DNA of 64,000 nucleotides from Roseibacillus sp. (GTDB lineage Bacteria > Verrucomicrobiota > Verrucomicrobiia > Verrucomicrobiales > Akkermansiaceae). Shown here in pieces: positions 1 to 10,927 of this stretch (positions within the stretch are counted from its first letter, which is position 1; the number at the start of each line of letters is the position of its first letter). The notes beneath the pieces were generated by a model that was not told where the DNA came from, ran no database searches, and saw nothing but the letters and a program-made list of their open reading frames with translations. A program made the position numbers and the translations under genes. Where the stretch lies: the NCBI GenBank assembly GCA_051251855.1, contig JBPOGI010000007.1:264984-328983 (forward strand), in the 5' to 3' direction.

Positions 1-287
1 AAGGTCTCAAACACTTCATGAACTTGATTCGCCAACTCCCTTGTCGGTACTAAAACGAGAATACTGGGCTCCCGGTGACTCGACAGTGGAAGTGACGACA
101 GCTTCTGCAAAATCGGCAAAACATAACTCGCCGTCTTCCCTGACCCTGTCTTCGCTATTCCTAGCACATCCTTCCCCTCCAACATGGCCGGAATCGCCCC
201 CGCCTGAATCGGCGTCGGTTCAAGCAATCCAGCCTTCTCCACAAGTTCGAGAAGAGGAGTCGCCAAACCGAAGGAAGAGAAAGACAT
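1..287 (-). CDS. DEAD-box RNA helicase, 5' part (runs off window start)
   Basis: Manual translation from ATG at 287: MSFSSFGLATPLLE...EPTPIQAGAIP...AKTGSGKT...VPTRELA = Q motif, motif I, motif Ia. Not in the ORF track. Confidence 0.93.
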   Translation of the reverse strand, partial: MSFSSFGLATPLLELVEKAGLLEPTPIQAGAIPAMLEGKDVLGIAKTGSGKTASYVLPILQKLSSLPLSSHREPSILVLVPTRELANQVHEVFET

Positions 288-346
288 CAAAACAGCTTTG
301 CGGGAGAAACCTTCAAAAAGCAAGGCAAGCACTTCAATCATCCCAA

Positions 347-416
347 AAAATGGAGCAGGGACATTCCTGTCCCTGATTTTTCCTATTCAAGGACAGGAAT
401 GTCCTTGCTCCATTTT
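347..416. repeat. REP/REPIN-like 30-bp inverted repeat
   Basis: AAAATGGAGCAGGGACATTCCTGTCCCTGA (347-376) and TCAAGGACAGGAATGTCCTTGCTCCATTTT (387-416), with 2 mismatches and a 10-nt loop. Each arm has an internal GGACA-TTCC-TGTCC-type palindrome. Confidence 0.8.
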
Positions 417-458
417 CTATCGTGCAGCCTCAAACCAATGCCGCTATAACCCCAAGAA

Positions 459-1973
459 GTGATTCGACGTTTTTTCAACAAAGCCATCTGGCTCTTCGTT
501 CACAAGATCCCTTGGAAGCCCATTCTCATCTGGGGGCCCTGGATTGTTCTTTTGGTTATAGTTTTCTTCTACAGCTTCGAGAACTGGAGGGGAAATAGAG
601 CGGTTGGGACCGCTCGTCTCAAGGCTGCAGATGCGGGTCTCTCCCTTGAAATTAAAGACCACCTTCCCCTTAGAGATCCGAAAATACCGAACCCATCGGA
701 TCTGCCTGGTTTTGATGGCAGAAAAACGCCCTCCATCAAGCGGATGATCTACGACAAGAGGCTTGGTTTTGATACGACCCCAAAGGGCAAGGAAGCCACC
801 CGATCTACTGGTCGTTGGAAGGCCGAACGGAGAGATATTCGTAAATGGCTCGATCCATCTTTGGCTGTCGCTACTTTTGAAGAAGCAGCAATCGAGTTGG
901 ACCGTCTTGCTCCGGAATTTGATATTCTTCGTGAACTCGTTGCTCAAAAAGGCGCCCACCCACTTATCTTTAATCCAAAAAGCTCTAATCCCACTTTTCA
1001 AGACATCTCAGCAGTCTCCTATATGCCGGCTTTGACCCTGACTGAAGCGCTACGTGACGACACCACGATTGCCCTCTCCGTCGGTGATCAGCAACGGGCA
1101 TTCGAAAACCTTTCTCTGATGTTGGATATCTTAAATTTCGAGAGTTACCCCAATCTCGTGTCCTTTTTAATTAGGTGCACCATTGCGATATCCTGCGAAG
1201 AGGCGATTTGGGAAGCCGCAGCCTCCAGTCCATTGTTGTCTGATGAACAACTTACTTTACTTGCAATGAAGCTGGATAAGCTTGCATGGGAAGATGAATT
1301 ACAAGCTGCCCTCGACGGCGAACTCTCTTATATCCTAGCCTATTGCGAGGAATCTAAAATGGACAAGGAGTTCCTTATTGAAGCTCTTTCATGGTCAAAT
1401 CTGCGCCTCTTTTCCCATCTTGAGACCGGCTGGTATCCTTTCGACGATGCCATGCTAGTCATCGACGAAACCCTATTCAGGATGATGCCTAGCGGCTGGA
1501 TTGACCAAGCAGAAGCAAACTTTATTTTACGATCGCTCTCTCTCCGCAACGAAAGTGCTAAGAGTCCGAAAGTAAATCTTCACTTTCCTGCTAGGCTCTA
1601 CACTGATGAGGCCATGTCACTCTTCCGCGAAGTGAGAGAGAAAAGTAAAACTGCGGTCGCACGAACTAGACTGGCTAGAATTGGAGTCGAACTGGAACGG
1701 GTAAAACAAAAGGAGGGCCAGTATCCGGATAGTTTGGACCAATTCTCTCACATCAACACCAAGGACCCTTTCAGCAACAAGCCCGTTCACTACCGGTTAA
1801 AGCACGATAGAACTCCACTCCTCTGGTCTGTCGGATTGAACAAAATCGACGAGGACGGTCTCCCTGGAAGGAAAAGAAACGAGGGAGATATTGTGTGGAT
1901 GCTCTCTCCCACCCCAGATCTCACCAAAGCTGACTTACGAAAGAAACTACACAAACATCGTCTCTCCCCCTAA
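459..1973 (+). CDS. Membrane-anchored hypothetical protein with C-terminal pseudopilin/GspG-like segment
   Basis: N-terminal TM helix. C-terminal GQYPDSL...DPFSNKPVHYR...LWSVGLNKIDEDG resembles the GspG C-terminal motif. Confidence 0.65.
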   Translation: MIRRFFNKAIWLFVHKIPWKPILIWGPWIVLLVIVFFYSFENWRGNRAVGTARLKAADAGLSLEIKDHLPLRDPKIPNPSDLPGFDGRKTPSIKRMIYDKRLGFDTTPKGKEATRSTGRWKAERRDIRKWLDPSLAVATFEEAAIELDRLAPEFDILRELVAQKGAHPLIFNPKSSNPTFQDISAVSYMPALTLTEALRDDTTIALSVGDQQRAFENLSLMLDILNFESYPNLVSFLIRCTIAISCEEAIWEAAASSPLLSDEQLTLLAMKLDKLAWEDELQAALDGELSYILAYCEESKMDKEFLIEALSWSNLRLFSHLETGWYPFDDAMLVIDETLFRMMPSGWIDQAEANFILRSLSLRNESAKSPKVNLHFPARLYTDEAMSLFREVREKSKTAVARTRLARIGVELERVKQKEGQYPDSLDQFSHINTKDPFSNKPVHYRLKHDRTPLLWSVGLNKIDEDGLPGRKRNEGDIVWMLSPTPDLTKADLRKKLHKHRLSP

Positions 1974-2044
1974 GTGGCTATGAGTCTTCAGCGACCTCGA
2001 ACGACTTCAGTGTAGTGAGCTCAAAGTTCTTAGCCCTTCCCCAC

Positions 2045-2079
2045 AAAAAAGCCCCAGCCGTTTTCACGACTGGGGCTTT
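2045..2079 (-). terminator. Intrinsic terminator of ppdK
   Basis: Minus strand AAAGCCCCAGTCG-TGAAAA-CGGCTGGGGC-TTTTTT, 21 nt after the ppdK stop. Confidence 0.85.
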
Positions 2080-2100
2080 GAAATTATTAGAAGTCAGCCT

Positions 2101-4926
2101 TTAGCTCACTTCACCACGGGCCATTCCTTTTTCCTCGAGAGCAGCCTGCGCAGCAGCGAGGCGGGCAACGGGGATACGGAACGGTGAGCAAGACACGTAG
2201 TTGAGTCCGGTGCGGTGGAAGAATTTCACCGAATCAGGATCACCGCCGTGCTCGCCGCAGATACCAATCTTCAGCTTAGGCTTGGCAGCTCGGCCGCCTT
2301 CAACGCCCATTTCAACCAGCTTGCCAACACCCTCTTGGTCGAGACCAGCGAAGGGGTTGTTGCTGAGAACTTCGGCGTCCTGGTAAGCAGGAAGGAAGCT
2401 CGAGGAGTCATCACGGGAAAGACCGAGGCCAGTCTGGGTGAGGTCGTTGGTTCCGAAGGAGAAGAACTCAGCGTGCTCAGCCACTTTTTCAGCGGTGAGA
2501 CATGCGCGAGGAATTTCCATCATGGTTCCCACAGTATACTTCAATTGGCTCTTCTTGAGACCGAGGCTCTTGCGAACGCTGTCGGCTGTCTCGTCGATGA
2601 CCTGCTTCTGAATCTCAAGCTCGCGAGCATAGGAGACGAGAGGGACCATAATCTCAGGGAGAACCTTGGTGCCTTTCTTCTGCACTTCCGCAGCAGCCTC
2701 GAGGATAGCCTCAACCTGCATTGCTGTAATCGCTGGGTAGCTGATTCCGAGACGACAACCACGGTGCCCAAGCATGGGGTTCTCTTCGTGAAGAGCGTGG
2801 ATACGCTTGGTGATGTCCGGAGCGCTCATGCCAATCTTCTTGGAAAGGTCCTTCTTCTGAGCAGCATCCATGGTGCCGATGAACTCGTGAAGAGGTGGAT
2901 CCAGCAGACGGATGGTCGCAGGGCGACCGTCCAGTGCCTTGAAAATTCCAATGAAGTCTTTCTTCATGAAGACCTTGATTTTCTTAAGCGCTTTCGCGCG
3001 GCCTGCGTCGTCGTCAGCAAGAATCATCTCACGGACAGAATCGATACGATTGCCTTCAAAGAACATGTGCTCAGCACGAGTCAATCCGATGCCTTCCGCA
3101 CCGAACTTGATGGCCTGCTCCACCTGCTCGGGAGTATCCGAGTTGGTGCGCACTCCGAGTTTACGGTGCTTGTCTGTCCAAGTCATCAATTCCATGAACT
3201 TGGTGTAAGTGGCAGACTTCTTCGCGGCCGCCTTGTTCTCGATGAGACCTTGGATGACCTGAGAAGGAGAAGACTTAATGCCGCCTTTGTAGACGTTACC
3301 AACGAAGCCATTGAGAGAAAGCTCGTCGCCTTCCTTCAAAGTGACGCCAGCACCAGTGAGAGTCTTCTTCTTGTAATCGATCGTCATGCTGTGTGCACCG
3401 CAGACGCAAACCTTACCCATCTGACGGGCAACGAGAGCAGCGTGTGAGGAAGCACCACCTTCGGTAGTGAGAATTCCCTCAGCGGCAATCATTCCGCGAA
3501 GATCCTCGGGAGAGGTCGCTTGGCGAACGAGGATGACGGACTCACCGCGAGCAGCCGCTTCCACGGACTCTTCAGCAGTGAAGTAGATCTTACCTGCAGC
3601 GGCACCAGGACCAGCAGGAAGACCGGAGCCCACCTTTTTGGCAGCCTTCTCAGCTGCGGAGTCGAAGATAGGAGCGAGAAGATGGCTCAAGTCGTCAGCA
3701 GGAATACGAAGAATCGCCTCTTCTTTGCTGATGAGCTTTTCCTTCACCATATCAAGAGCGATATTCACCGCTGCGAAACCAGTGCGCTTTCCGTTACGAG
3801 TCTGAAGCATCCATAGTTTGCCTTGCTCGACGGTGAACTCAACATCCTGAACATCGCGGAAATGCTTCTCAAGCTTTGTGCGAATCGCAAGAAGCTCTTT
3901 AGCAGGCTTGGGCAGGTCCTTAGACATCTTGGCGATAGGCTTAGGGGTACGAACACCAGCGACGACGTCCTCACCCTGAGCATCGATGAGATACTCACCG
4001 TAGAAAACGTTTTCGCCGGTTGCGGGGTCACGTGTGAATGCAACACCGGTTCCAGAAGTCTTACCGGTGTTACCGAAGACCATGGCCTGAACGTTCACAG
4101 CAGTTCCCCACGCAGCAGGAATACCATACTTCTGACGGTAAACGATCGCGCGGTCGTTGTTCCAGGAGTTGAAGACCGCGTTCACAGCACCCTTGAGTTG
4201 GGCGCGAGGGTCTTCAGGGAAATCCTTACCTGAGCGCTTCTTGATGAGCTTCTTGAATTCAGCCACCACCCAACGGAGATCTTTTTCGGAGAGACCCGAG
4301 TCGTCCTTCACCTTGGCCTTGGCCTTGGCTTTATCGAGAATGACTTCGTAGGGGTCGTGGTGCTCGCCGGCTTCGGCTTCCACTTCCATGACAACAGAAC
4401 CATACATCTGGAGGAAACGACGGTAAGAGTCCCAAGCGAACTTAGGGTTACCGGTCTTCGCAGAAAGAGCTTCGACGACTTCGTCGTTGATGCCGAGGTT
4501 AAGGATGGTGTCCATCATTCCGGGCATCGACTCGCGAGCACCAGAGCGGACAGAGAGAAGAAGAGGATTGTCGAGGTCACCGAACTTTTTGCCCATGACC
4601 TTTTCGACCTTGGCGATGTTCTCTTCGATTTGTCCGTCGAGAGTCTTGGGATACTTCTTACCATTATCGTAGTAGTAAGTGCAGACCTCAGTTGAGATCG
4701 TAAAGCCCGCAGGAACAGGAACTCCGATATTGCTCATCTCAGCAAGGTTCGCACCTTTTCCGCCGAGGAGAGCTTTCATGGTTCCGTCTCCGTCGGCTTG
4801 GCCGTCACCCCAGACGTAAACGTATTTTCCTTTTTGAGCTTTGGCCGCAGAAGTCTTCTTTGCTGCGGATTTTCTGACTGACTTTTTAGCGGCCTTTTTG
4901 GCTGCTTTCTTTTTTACGGTTGCCAT
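2101..4926 (-). CDS. ppdK: Pyruvate, phosphate dikinase
   Basis: [40 protein letters not shown] (phospho-His), [20 protein letters not shown]. Confidence 0.98.
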   Translation of the reverse strand: MATVKKKAAKKAAKKSVRKSAAKKTSAAKAQKGKYVYVWGDGQADGDGTMKALLGGKGANLAEMSNIGVPVPAGFTISTEVCTYYYDNGKKYPKTLDGQIEENIAKVEKVMGKKFGDLDNPLLLSVRSGARESMPGMMDTILNLGINDEVVEALSAKTGNPKFAWDSYRRFLQMYGSVVMEVEAEAGEHHDPYEVILDKAKAKAKVKDDSGLSEKDLRWVVAEFKKLIKKRSGKDFPEDPRAQLKGAVNAVFNSWNNDRAIVYRQKYGIPAAWGTAVNVQAMVFGNTGKTSGTGVAFTRDPATGENVFYGEYLIDAQGEDVVAGVRTPKPIAKMSKDLPKPAKELLAIRTKLEKHFRDVQDVEFTVEQGKLWMLQTRNGKRTGFAAVNIALDMVKEKLISKEEAILRIPADDLSHLLAPIFDSAAEKAAKKVGSGLPAGPGAAAGKIYFTAEESVEAAARGESVILVRQATSPEDLRGMIAAEGILTTEGGASSHAALVARQMGKVCVCGAHSMTIDYKKKTLTGAGVTLKEGDELSLNGFVGNVYKGGIKSSPSQVIQGLIENKAAAKKSATYTKFMELMTWTDKHRKLGVRTNSDTPEQVEQAIKFGAEGIGLTRAEHMFFEGNRIDSVREMILADDDAGRAKALKKIKVFMKKDFIGIFKALDGRPATIRLLDPPLHEFIGTMDAAQKKDLSKKIGMSAPDITKRIHALHEENPMLGHRGCRLGISYPAITAMQVEAILEAAAEVQKKGTKVLPEIMVPLVSYARELEIQKQVIDETADSVRKSLGLKKSQLKYTVGTMMEIPRACLTAEKVAEHAEFFSFGTNDLTQTGLGLSRDDSSSFLPAYQDAEVLSNNPFAGLDQEGVGKLVEMGVEGGRAAKPKLKIGICGEHGGDPDSVKFFHRTGLNYVSCSPFRIPVARLAAAQAALEEKGMARGEVS

Positions 4927-5141
4927 CTGGTTCGTAAGTGGTTTTCACATGTTGGGTTCGGTAGAAGGATTCTTCCGAGCCGCAAGGGCGCGCAGCTTAC
5001 CAGCGAACCTTGCGCTGTCAATGCGCCAATCCCCCATGCTACGGGGATTTCGCGGCATCAGAATGGAGCCAACTTTCCATGTCGTAGATGCGCCCCTCCC
5101 CTCTTGTCGGGTGAGGCTGCAAGCTGCTATCAATCTTGCAG

Positions 5142-6230
5142 ATGAACAACTGGTTTTACGCGCACAACGGCGAGCAAAGGGGACCCGTCTCCCAAGAGGA
5201 GCTTACAAGCCTCGCCGCGAGCGGTCAATTCACTCCTGCCAAGGACCTCGTGTGGCGCGAAGGAATGAGCGATTGGAAGAAAGTCTCGGAGGTTCCCGAG
5301 CTGAACTTAAGCCCGCCTTCAACCTCTACCAAACCAGCAGAATCGGCCCTTGCCCACAGCGAAGCCTCCACAAATGACCCTTACAAATCGCCTGCAGCGA
5401 GTTCTTATATTTCCGAAACCACCGGAGACGATGACCTACCAGAAATCGAACCTGGCAGCACCTCCCTTGGAATCACGGAATGTATCGCAAGAGCCTTCGA
5501 GCTCACCAAACGCTACTTCGGAATCGTGCTCGCAGTGTGGGCAATCTACCTCGGGATCGCTTTTGGAATTAGCGTCATTTTTAGTGTGATTAACACCGCG
5601 ATCATGGCTGTCGCAAGCACTACCCAAGGACCCAGTGATTCACCTCCCATTGCCTACTATGTCGTCCAAGTGATTTCTCAGGTGATTTCCCAATTACTGT
5701 CAGTATTCTTCACTCTCGGCCTCGCCCGCTTCGGTCTCAACCTCATCTCAGGAAAGCCCGCGGGAGTGGGTCTCATCTTCAGTCAAACCTCCAAGTTATT
5801 GGCAGGATTTCTCGGGTCGCTTCTCATTGCGATCATTGTCTACTTCGTCCCCGCTCTCCTTGCCCTCGCCGCCTACCTGATTGCAGATGATATCCCTATA
5901 ACGATTCTGGCAGGGGTCGTTGGACTGATTCCTGCAAGCTACTTTGGGATGAAATACAGCCAGTTTTTCAACGTCATGGTCGATCGTGATTCAGGAATTT
6001 TTGAGTCCCTTCGTCACAGCGCAGCCCTCACCCAGAATAATAAATGGGCTCTCCTTGGACTTTATATTCTCATTATCCTCATCTCGATCGCAGGCGTTCT
6101 CGCCTTCTGTGTCGGCATCATTTTCACCGTCCCTATGACTTGGCTCGCTAGCCTTTTGGTCTATCGGTGGCTCAAGCATGGCCCTGCTGGGATGCAAGAC
6201 CGTGGCCTACTCCGAGTATATGGAGCGTGA
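5142..6230 (+). CDS. GYF_2 (DUF4339) domain multi-pass membrane protein
   Basis: WFYAHNGEQRGPV...LVWREGMSDWKK, then a linker with DPYKSP and ~5 TM helices. ATG at 5142 preferred over TTG 5136. Confidence 0.8.
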   Translation: MNNWFYAHNGEQRGPVSQEELTSLAASGQFTPAKDLVWREGMSDWKKVSEVPELNLSPPSTSTKPAESALAHSEASTNDPYKSPAASSYISETTGDDDLPEIEPGSTSLGITECIARAFELTKRYFGIVLAVWAIYLGIAFGISVIFSVINTAIMAVASTTQGPSDSPPIAYYVVQVISQVISQLLSVFFTLGLARFGLNLISGKPAGVGLIFSQTSKLLAGFLGSLLIAIIVYFVPALLALAAYLIADDIPITILAGVVGLIPASYFGMKYSQFFNVMVDRDSGIFESLRHSAALTQNNKWALLGLYILIILISIAGVLAFCVGIIFTVPMTWLASLLVYRWLKHGPAGMQDRGLLRVYGA

Positions 6231-7792
6231 AGTTTCTCCTCGTCCTCCTGTCAACCATCACTCTTCGAGCTGAATCTCAGCCCAACATCCTCTTCCTCTT
6301 CGCGGACGATCTAGGGCGCTATGCTTCCGCCTACTCAGACCCGAAGAGCCCTTCGCCCAACGACATCGTCTCCACCCCCATTTTTGATCAAGTGGCCAAG
6401 GAAGGAATGCTCGCGACAAATATGTTCGTCTCAGCTCCTTCCTGCACGCCCTGCAGAGCTTCCCTAGTTTCGGGCCGACACTTTTTCCGCAACGGTTCCT
6501 GCGCACAACTTCACCACAAGTGGCATGGTCCCGACGAGAAGGACCCTTGGATGCAAGAAGTCACTGGCTATGCAAAAACTCTTCAGGCAGCTGGCTACCA
6601 CATCGGCTTCAGTCAGAAAGAACACCTCAAAAACTCTCCTCTCGGCCCTCAATTTCGGAGCGCGGGTAGCAAACAGAATCAATATTCTCAGTTCGTATCT
6701 GCAGCTGAAGATCCCAAGAAAGCCCATCAACAACTTCTCGCTGAGGTTCGTTCTAATTTCCAAGAATTCCTCGCAGCAAGGGATGAAAAGGAGCCATTCC
6801 TTTATCACTTTCACCCCACAAATCCTCATCGCAAGTGGGTCGCTGGCTCGGGAAAAAAACTCTGGGATCTGGACCCCGATTCTCTCGCTGGAATCATGCC
6901 TCCTTTTTTACCTGACGTTCCTGTGGTGCGTGAAGACCTTGCCGACTACTTAGGAGAAGGCATGGCCTTCGATGCCTATTGCGAAGTCATTTTGGAAGAA
7001 CTGGAAAAAACAGGAGAATCGAAAAACACCATCGTCATCATATCTGGCGACCACGGAGCCCCCGGATTTCCACGAGGCAAAACAAACGTCTACGACTTCG
7101 GCGCCCGTGTCCTCTTCGCCATCCGCTGGCCCGAGAAAATCAAAGCCGCCCAAATTATCGAGACACCCCTTTCCCTCCTCGACATTGCCCCCACCCTTCT
7201 CGCTGCGGCGAGGGTCGAGCCCAAGGATGAACTCGATGGCCAGAATTTACTCCCAGCTCTCGTCGATGGAAAGACAGCAGCGCTCCGAGGCTGGGCCCTC
7301 ATTGGACGAGAAGCCCATGTCGCAGAAGCCCGCATCGGCAACTTCCCCTATCCGACCCGCGCACTACGAACCTCGGACCATCTCTACATCCTCAATCTCA
7401 AACCTGAGCGGCATCCCGGCGGCGACATCTACAGCCTCCTTCATGACAAACCCGCCAAATTCGAAAATCTTGAGAGTAACACCCGTTACACTTATCCCGA
7501 CATAGACGCCGGACCAACCAAAGCTTGGATGGTCGTGAATCGTCACAACCCCGAGTTCACTCGTCATTGGGAGCTTGGCTTCGGAACCCGCCCCGCAGTC
7601 GAGCTCTACGACCTCAAAAGCGATCCACATCAAATCAATAACTTGGCCGGCGAGCCAGCGATGAAGATAATCCTCGAGAAGCTTCACAAAAAGCTCATGG
7701 CAGAACTTGAAGCGAAAGGCGACCCTCGCCTGAATGGAGACCAATTTGACCGCCCTCCCTACAAGAAGGAACTTTCCAACTTTTCCTTGTAA
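6227..7792 (+). CDS. Exported sulfatase (Cys-type formylglycine; N-sulfoglucosamine sulfohydrolase-like)
   Basis: PNILFLFADD, SCTPCR (CxPxR), SGDHG, ELYDLKSDPHQ. The GTG at 6227 overlaps the upstream TGA and gives a signal peptide. Confidence 0.92.
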   Translation: MKFLLVLLSTITLRAESQPNILFLFADDLGRYASAYSDPKSPSPNDIVSTPIFDQVAKEGMLATNMFVSAPSCTPCRASLVSGRHFFRNGSCAQLHHKWHGPDEKDPWMQEVTGYAKTLQAAGYHIGFSQKEHLKNSPLGPQFRSAGSKQNQYSQFVSAAEDPKKAHQQLLAEVRSNFQEFLAARDEKEPFLYHFHPTNPHRKWVAGSGKKLWDLDPDSLAGIMPPFLPDVPVVREDLADYLGEGMAFDAYCEVILEELEKTGESKNTIVIISGDHGAPGFPRGKTNVYDFGARVLFAIRWPEKIKAAQIIETPLSLLDIAPTLLAAARVEPKDELDGQNLLPALVDGKTAALRGWALIGREAHVAEARIGNFPYPTRALRTSDHLYILNLKPERHPGGDIYSLLHDKPAKFENLESNTRYTYPDIDAGPTKAWMVVNRHNPEFTRHWELGFGTRPAVELYDLKSDPHQINNLAGEPAMKIILEKLHKKLMAELEAKGDPRLNGDQFDRPPYKKELSNFSL

Positions 7793-7871
7793 GCTCCTGC
7801 CCGCGAAAAGTAGGAGCTAGTGAACGAAAAAACTTCGTGCCCTTTCTCCTCCTCCCCCTAAGTCTACTTAC

Positions 7872-8654
7872 GTGAACGCCCTCGAAAAAGCCGCCGCCCT
7901 CAAAGCTCGCGTCAATCAACCCGAGACTCCCATCTCGGCGCTGACTGCCTACGACTACCCCACCGCCCGACTGCTCGACGAGGCTGGTATCGACCTCCTG
8001 CTTGTCGGCGACTCTCTCGGGATGGTGGTGCTGGGATTCCCGGATACCACCCACGTCACAATGGATCACATGCTCCATCACACGGCGGCAGCAGCCCGAG
8101 GATGCCAAAACGCCCTTCTTCTCGGCGACCTTCCTATCCACTCTTACTCCACTCCCAAGGAAGCGGTCATGAATGCGCGCAAACTTGTTCAGGCTGGGGC
8201 CGAAGCAGTCAAACTCGAGGGAGGAATCCGCCAGGCCGAAAAAGTAAAAGCCATTGTCGACTCAGGCATTCCCGTCATTGGGCATCTTGGAATGCTTCCC
8301 CAACGAGTGAAAGAAGAAGGAGGTTACAAAAAGAAGGGTAAGACAGACGAACAAGTCTCTGAACTTTTGAAAGGTGCCCTCGCTCTCCAAGAGGCTGGAA
8401 TCTGCGCCTTGGTTCTCGAGTCAGTCATCCCCTCTGCTGCTAGAAAATTATCGGAACAGCTCCAAATTCCTACTATCGGAATCGGTTGCGGAAAAGGGAA
8501 CACCCACGGCGAAATCGCAGTCGTGACAGATTTACTCGGCAGCTACCCGTGGTTCGTTCCTCCCTTTGCAACCCCGAGAGCGAGTCATGGAGTTTCGACA
8601 ACAGAGGCAGCAAAAAGCTACCGTGATGCGATTGTGCCGCTGACTTTCGAATAG
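7872..8654 (+). CDS. panB: 3-methyl-2-oxobutanoate hydroxymethyltransferase
   Basis: LTAYDY, LLVGDSLGMV, AVKLEGG, GHLGMLPQ, PTIGIG. Confidence 0.97.
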   Translation: MNALEKAAALKARVNQPETPISALTAYDYPTARLLDEAGIDLLLVGDSLGMVVLGFPDTTHVTMDHMLHHTAAAARGCQNALLLGDLPIHSYSTPKEAVMNARKLVQAGAEAVKLEGGIRQAEKVKAIVDSGIPVIGHLGMLPQRVKEEGGYKKKGKTDEQVSELLKGALALQEAGICALVLESVIPSAARKLSEQLQIPTIGIGCGKGNTHGEIAVVTDLLGSYPWFVPPFATPRASHGVSTTEAAKSYRDAIVPLTFE

Positions 8655-8667
8655 GTCACCGCAAGGC

Positions 8668-9504
8668 CTACCGCATCCGATCTTTCGCAATGATTTCTTG
8701 AATCGCAGCAGCCTCGAGCATCGAGAACGCGGTGGTGGGAGGACTCAAGAAACCTGAGTTAATATAAGTCAGAACCCCGACCAAGAGGCCGTCGCCATTC
8801 ACAACGGCTCCACCGCTCATCCCTCCCCGAGCGACCAAACTGGAGCGATAGACAGAGGCTGGCCGTGAGCCTCGAGCAGCCTTCACTGCAAAAATTGTTC
8901 CTGCGGTCTGATAAGGTCCATTCCCGACCCCATCACTCACGCCCGCCTCACCCGAAACGACCAAGCTCCCGCTGTTGGTTCCCAAGGCGGCGCTGAAAAC
9001 CTGGCTACCAATCGCACTCTGTCCTCCCGCGAGCCGAAAAACCTGACGAGGACTGTAGTCGAACTTGACGATAGCGAGGTCGTTCTTCTCATCCTTCCAA
9101 ACCGCTCTCCCAAGGTGCTTATCAACGCGATAGTACTCCTTAGATTCGAAAGCCACCCCTTCTTTCGGAAAAGGTTTCAACTGGACAAAATCAGACAAAT
9201 GAAACTCACCTTCATCGACAACATGCCAAGCAGTTAGAAAGTAGCCATCAGAGGAAATCGGAACAGCTCGCCCCGAAGGCAGCCCCCCCTTTGCCGAAGC
9301 AATCAATCCCACCTTATCCAAAAAGAACTCCTCGATACTCTGCCCCGCTATCGGTCGCGCTGCTACCCCCTCCATGCTCTGTTTCTGCAAATCACGAATG
9401 TGAGGCGCATCGTGATTCCATTCTTCGAAATTCGTGCAAGCACCCAACATCAATGCACTGCAAAAACAGAGAGTGGGGTTCTTAAAAATGAACGAACGAA
9501 GCAT
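8668..9504 (-). CDS. Trypsin-like serine protease, probable lipoprotein
   Basis: Triad motifs FLTAWHVV, NDLAIV, GMSGG and lipobox LGAC. Start uncertain (ATG 9504 or GTG 9537). Confidence 0.8.
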   Translation of the reverse strand: MLRSFIFKNPTLCFCSALMLGACTNFEEWNHDAPHIRDLQKQSMEGVAARPIAGQSIEEFFLDKVGLIASAKGGLPSGRAVPISSDGYFLTAWHVVDEGEFHLSDFVQLKPFPKEGVAFESKEYYRVDKHLGRAVWKDEKNDLAIVKFDYSPRQVFRLAGGQSAIGSQVFSAALGTNSGSLVVSGEAGVSDGVGNGPYQTAGTIFAVKAARGSRPASVYRSSLVARGGMSGGAVVNGDGLLVGVLTYINSGFLSPPTTAFSMLEAAAIQEIIAKDRMR

Positions 9505-9946
9505 CCCCCACAAACTACCTCGCAATCGAGCACTCACAAGCCTTCCCTTAGAAGAAGCTTCTTTAGCTAAGCCGCTCGTCCCTGGTGCATTTCTACCGAA
9601 GAAGAGCGCTCGGAGCCACTTCGGTCTCCCAGTGGATTAGGAAAAATCATACGCCTAATCATCCTAGCTCGCGGTTCACTCACCGCGATCTCACTCCAGC
9701 CGAAAAGACAAGGCCAACCACCAAAACACACTAGGTTCTATTCGAGTAGGAATCGAAGAGGCCGCTGAGCAAAGTTATATGTCTAGCGAGGCACGATGAG
9801 AGAACGCATGCACCTGCGTGACCGAAGAAGAATGTTCCTCAAAGATTCAAATTTTCATAGGCCTCCTCTTATCTCGCTCGATGAAGTCACGTTTTTCTCA
9901 ATCTCATGAAGAGCAAACAGGTCATCGAGTTCTTTTGATTGAGGCG

Positions 9947-10309
9947 CTAGCTCGACGTATTGGAAGAGCCTCTCATTTCCTCTTCAAGACCTGAAATTGA
10001 TTCAAGAATTTCAACCCGAGATTCAACATCGCCCTGACTCTCTGCGAGCTGAAGCGCCTTCCGATAAAGTCGCATTCTCTCATTGGGATCATCTAGAAAA
10101 TCTGCGCGTGTATCGTAGAATTCGGGATGTTCACCGAACTTCGCCTGAAGCTCATCCAGAACAACCATTAGCTTATCTGTATGCACCCTAACGAGAAAAT
10201 CGTCACCAGCCTCCGACGCATTTATGATATCACAAGCAACCTCCGTTACCCGAGACCACGCTTCCTGAGTAATCGATTTCACTTTTAGTCGGACGACGAC
10301 TCCCCCCAA
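9947..10309 (-). CDS. Small helical (TPR-like) hypothetical protein downstream of lexA
   Basis: 120-aa acidic helical ORF (EHPEFYDTRADF...YRKALQLA) directly after the lexA stop. Start may be GTG 10282. Confidence 0.6.
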   Translation of the reverse strand: MGGVVVRLKVKSITQEAWSRVTEVACDIINASEAGDDFLVRVHTDKLMVVLDELQAKFGEHPEFYDTRADFLDDPNERMRLYRKALQLAESQGDVESRVEILESISGLEEEMRGSSNTSS

Positions 10310-10310
10310 A

Positions 10311-10922
10311 TCAAGAGTTCCGTAGCAACGCTACCATCACTCCTTGAATGATCAGCTCTCGCGCGGGAATCAGATCGGGATAAAGCTCGTTCTCCGCTTG
10401 GAGATAAGGCTTCCCCTTAGTCACGACATAGCGCTTGAGAGTGGTCTCCCCATCAATGAGAGCCGCTACGACATCCCCGTTGCGAGGCTCACGAAATTCA
10501 AGAACGACGGTATCACCGTCACAAATGTGGGCATCGATCATCGACTCGCCACGGACCTTCAAAGCGAAAGTCTTCGAATTCCCTCTCAGACCAAGGGACG
10601 AAATATCGATCGAGAGACAACTCTCTTGGTCCTGCACTTGATCCTCCGCCATACCTGCGGCGATGGAACCATAAACAGGGATATCAATAATTTCTTCGCG
10701 ATCCATCTCGTCCGGAAACATCACTGCACGCGCCTTGCCGGGCAAACGAACCACCGCCTCTTTCCGCTCAAGCGCACGCAGGTGACTCATCGCGGCTGTT
10801 TGACTAGCAAAGCCAAAATGAGCCTGAATCTCGCGAGTGGACGGGATCAAACCCGACCGGCGATGCTCAGCTTTGAGAAAATCGAGAACAGCTTGTTGTT
10901 TGTCTGTGAGTGCTAAGGCCAT
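10311..10922 (-). CDS. lexA: SOS repressor LexA
   Basis: LTDKQQ...PSTREIQAHFGF HTH, IAAG cleavage site, VRGESM (Ser), TTLKR (Lys). True start is ATG 10922. Confidence 0.96.
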   Translation of the reverse strand: MALALTDKQQAVLDFLKAEHRRSGLIPSTREIQAHFGFASQTAAMSHLRALERKEAVVRLPGKARAVMFPDEMDREEIIDIPVYGSIAAGMAEDQVQDQESCLSIDISSLGLRGNSKTFALKVRGESMIDAHICDGDTVVLEFREPRNGDVVAALIDGETTLKRYVVTKGKPYLQAENELYPDLIPARELIIQGVMVALLRNS

Positions 10923-10927
10923 AATTT

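Noticed and set aside
41..376. 111-aa plus-strand ORF
   Set aside because: Shadow of the DEAD-box helicase on the minus strand, which has clear motifs.
2215..3447. 410-aa ORF antisense to ppdK (likewise 20245-21384, 37684-38976, 42089-43219, 50167-51588, 56596-58053)
   Set aside because: Antisense shadows of well-supported genes, expected from codon bias. No motifs.
9540..9946. 400-bp gap with a GGAGG-ATG on the minus strand near 9858
   Set aside because: The ATG is followed by a stop after 3 codons. No recognisable protein or RNA motif; possibly decayed sequence but unsupported.
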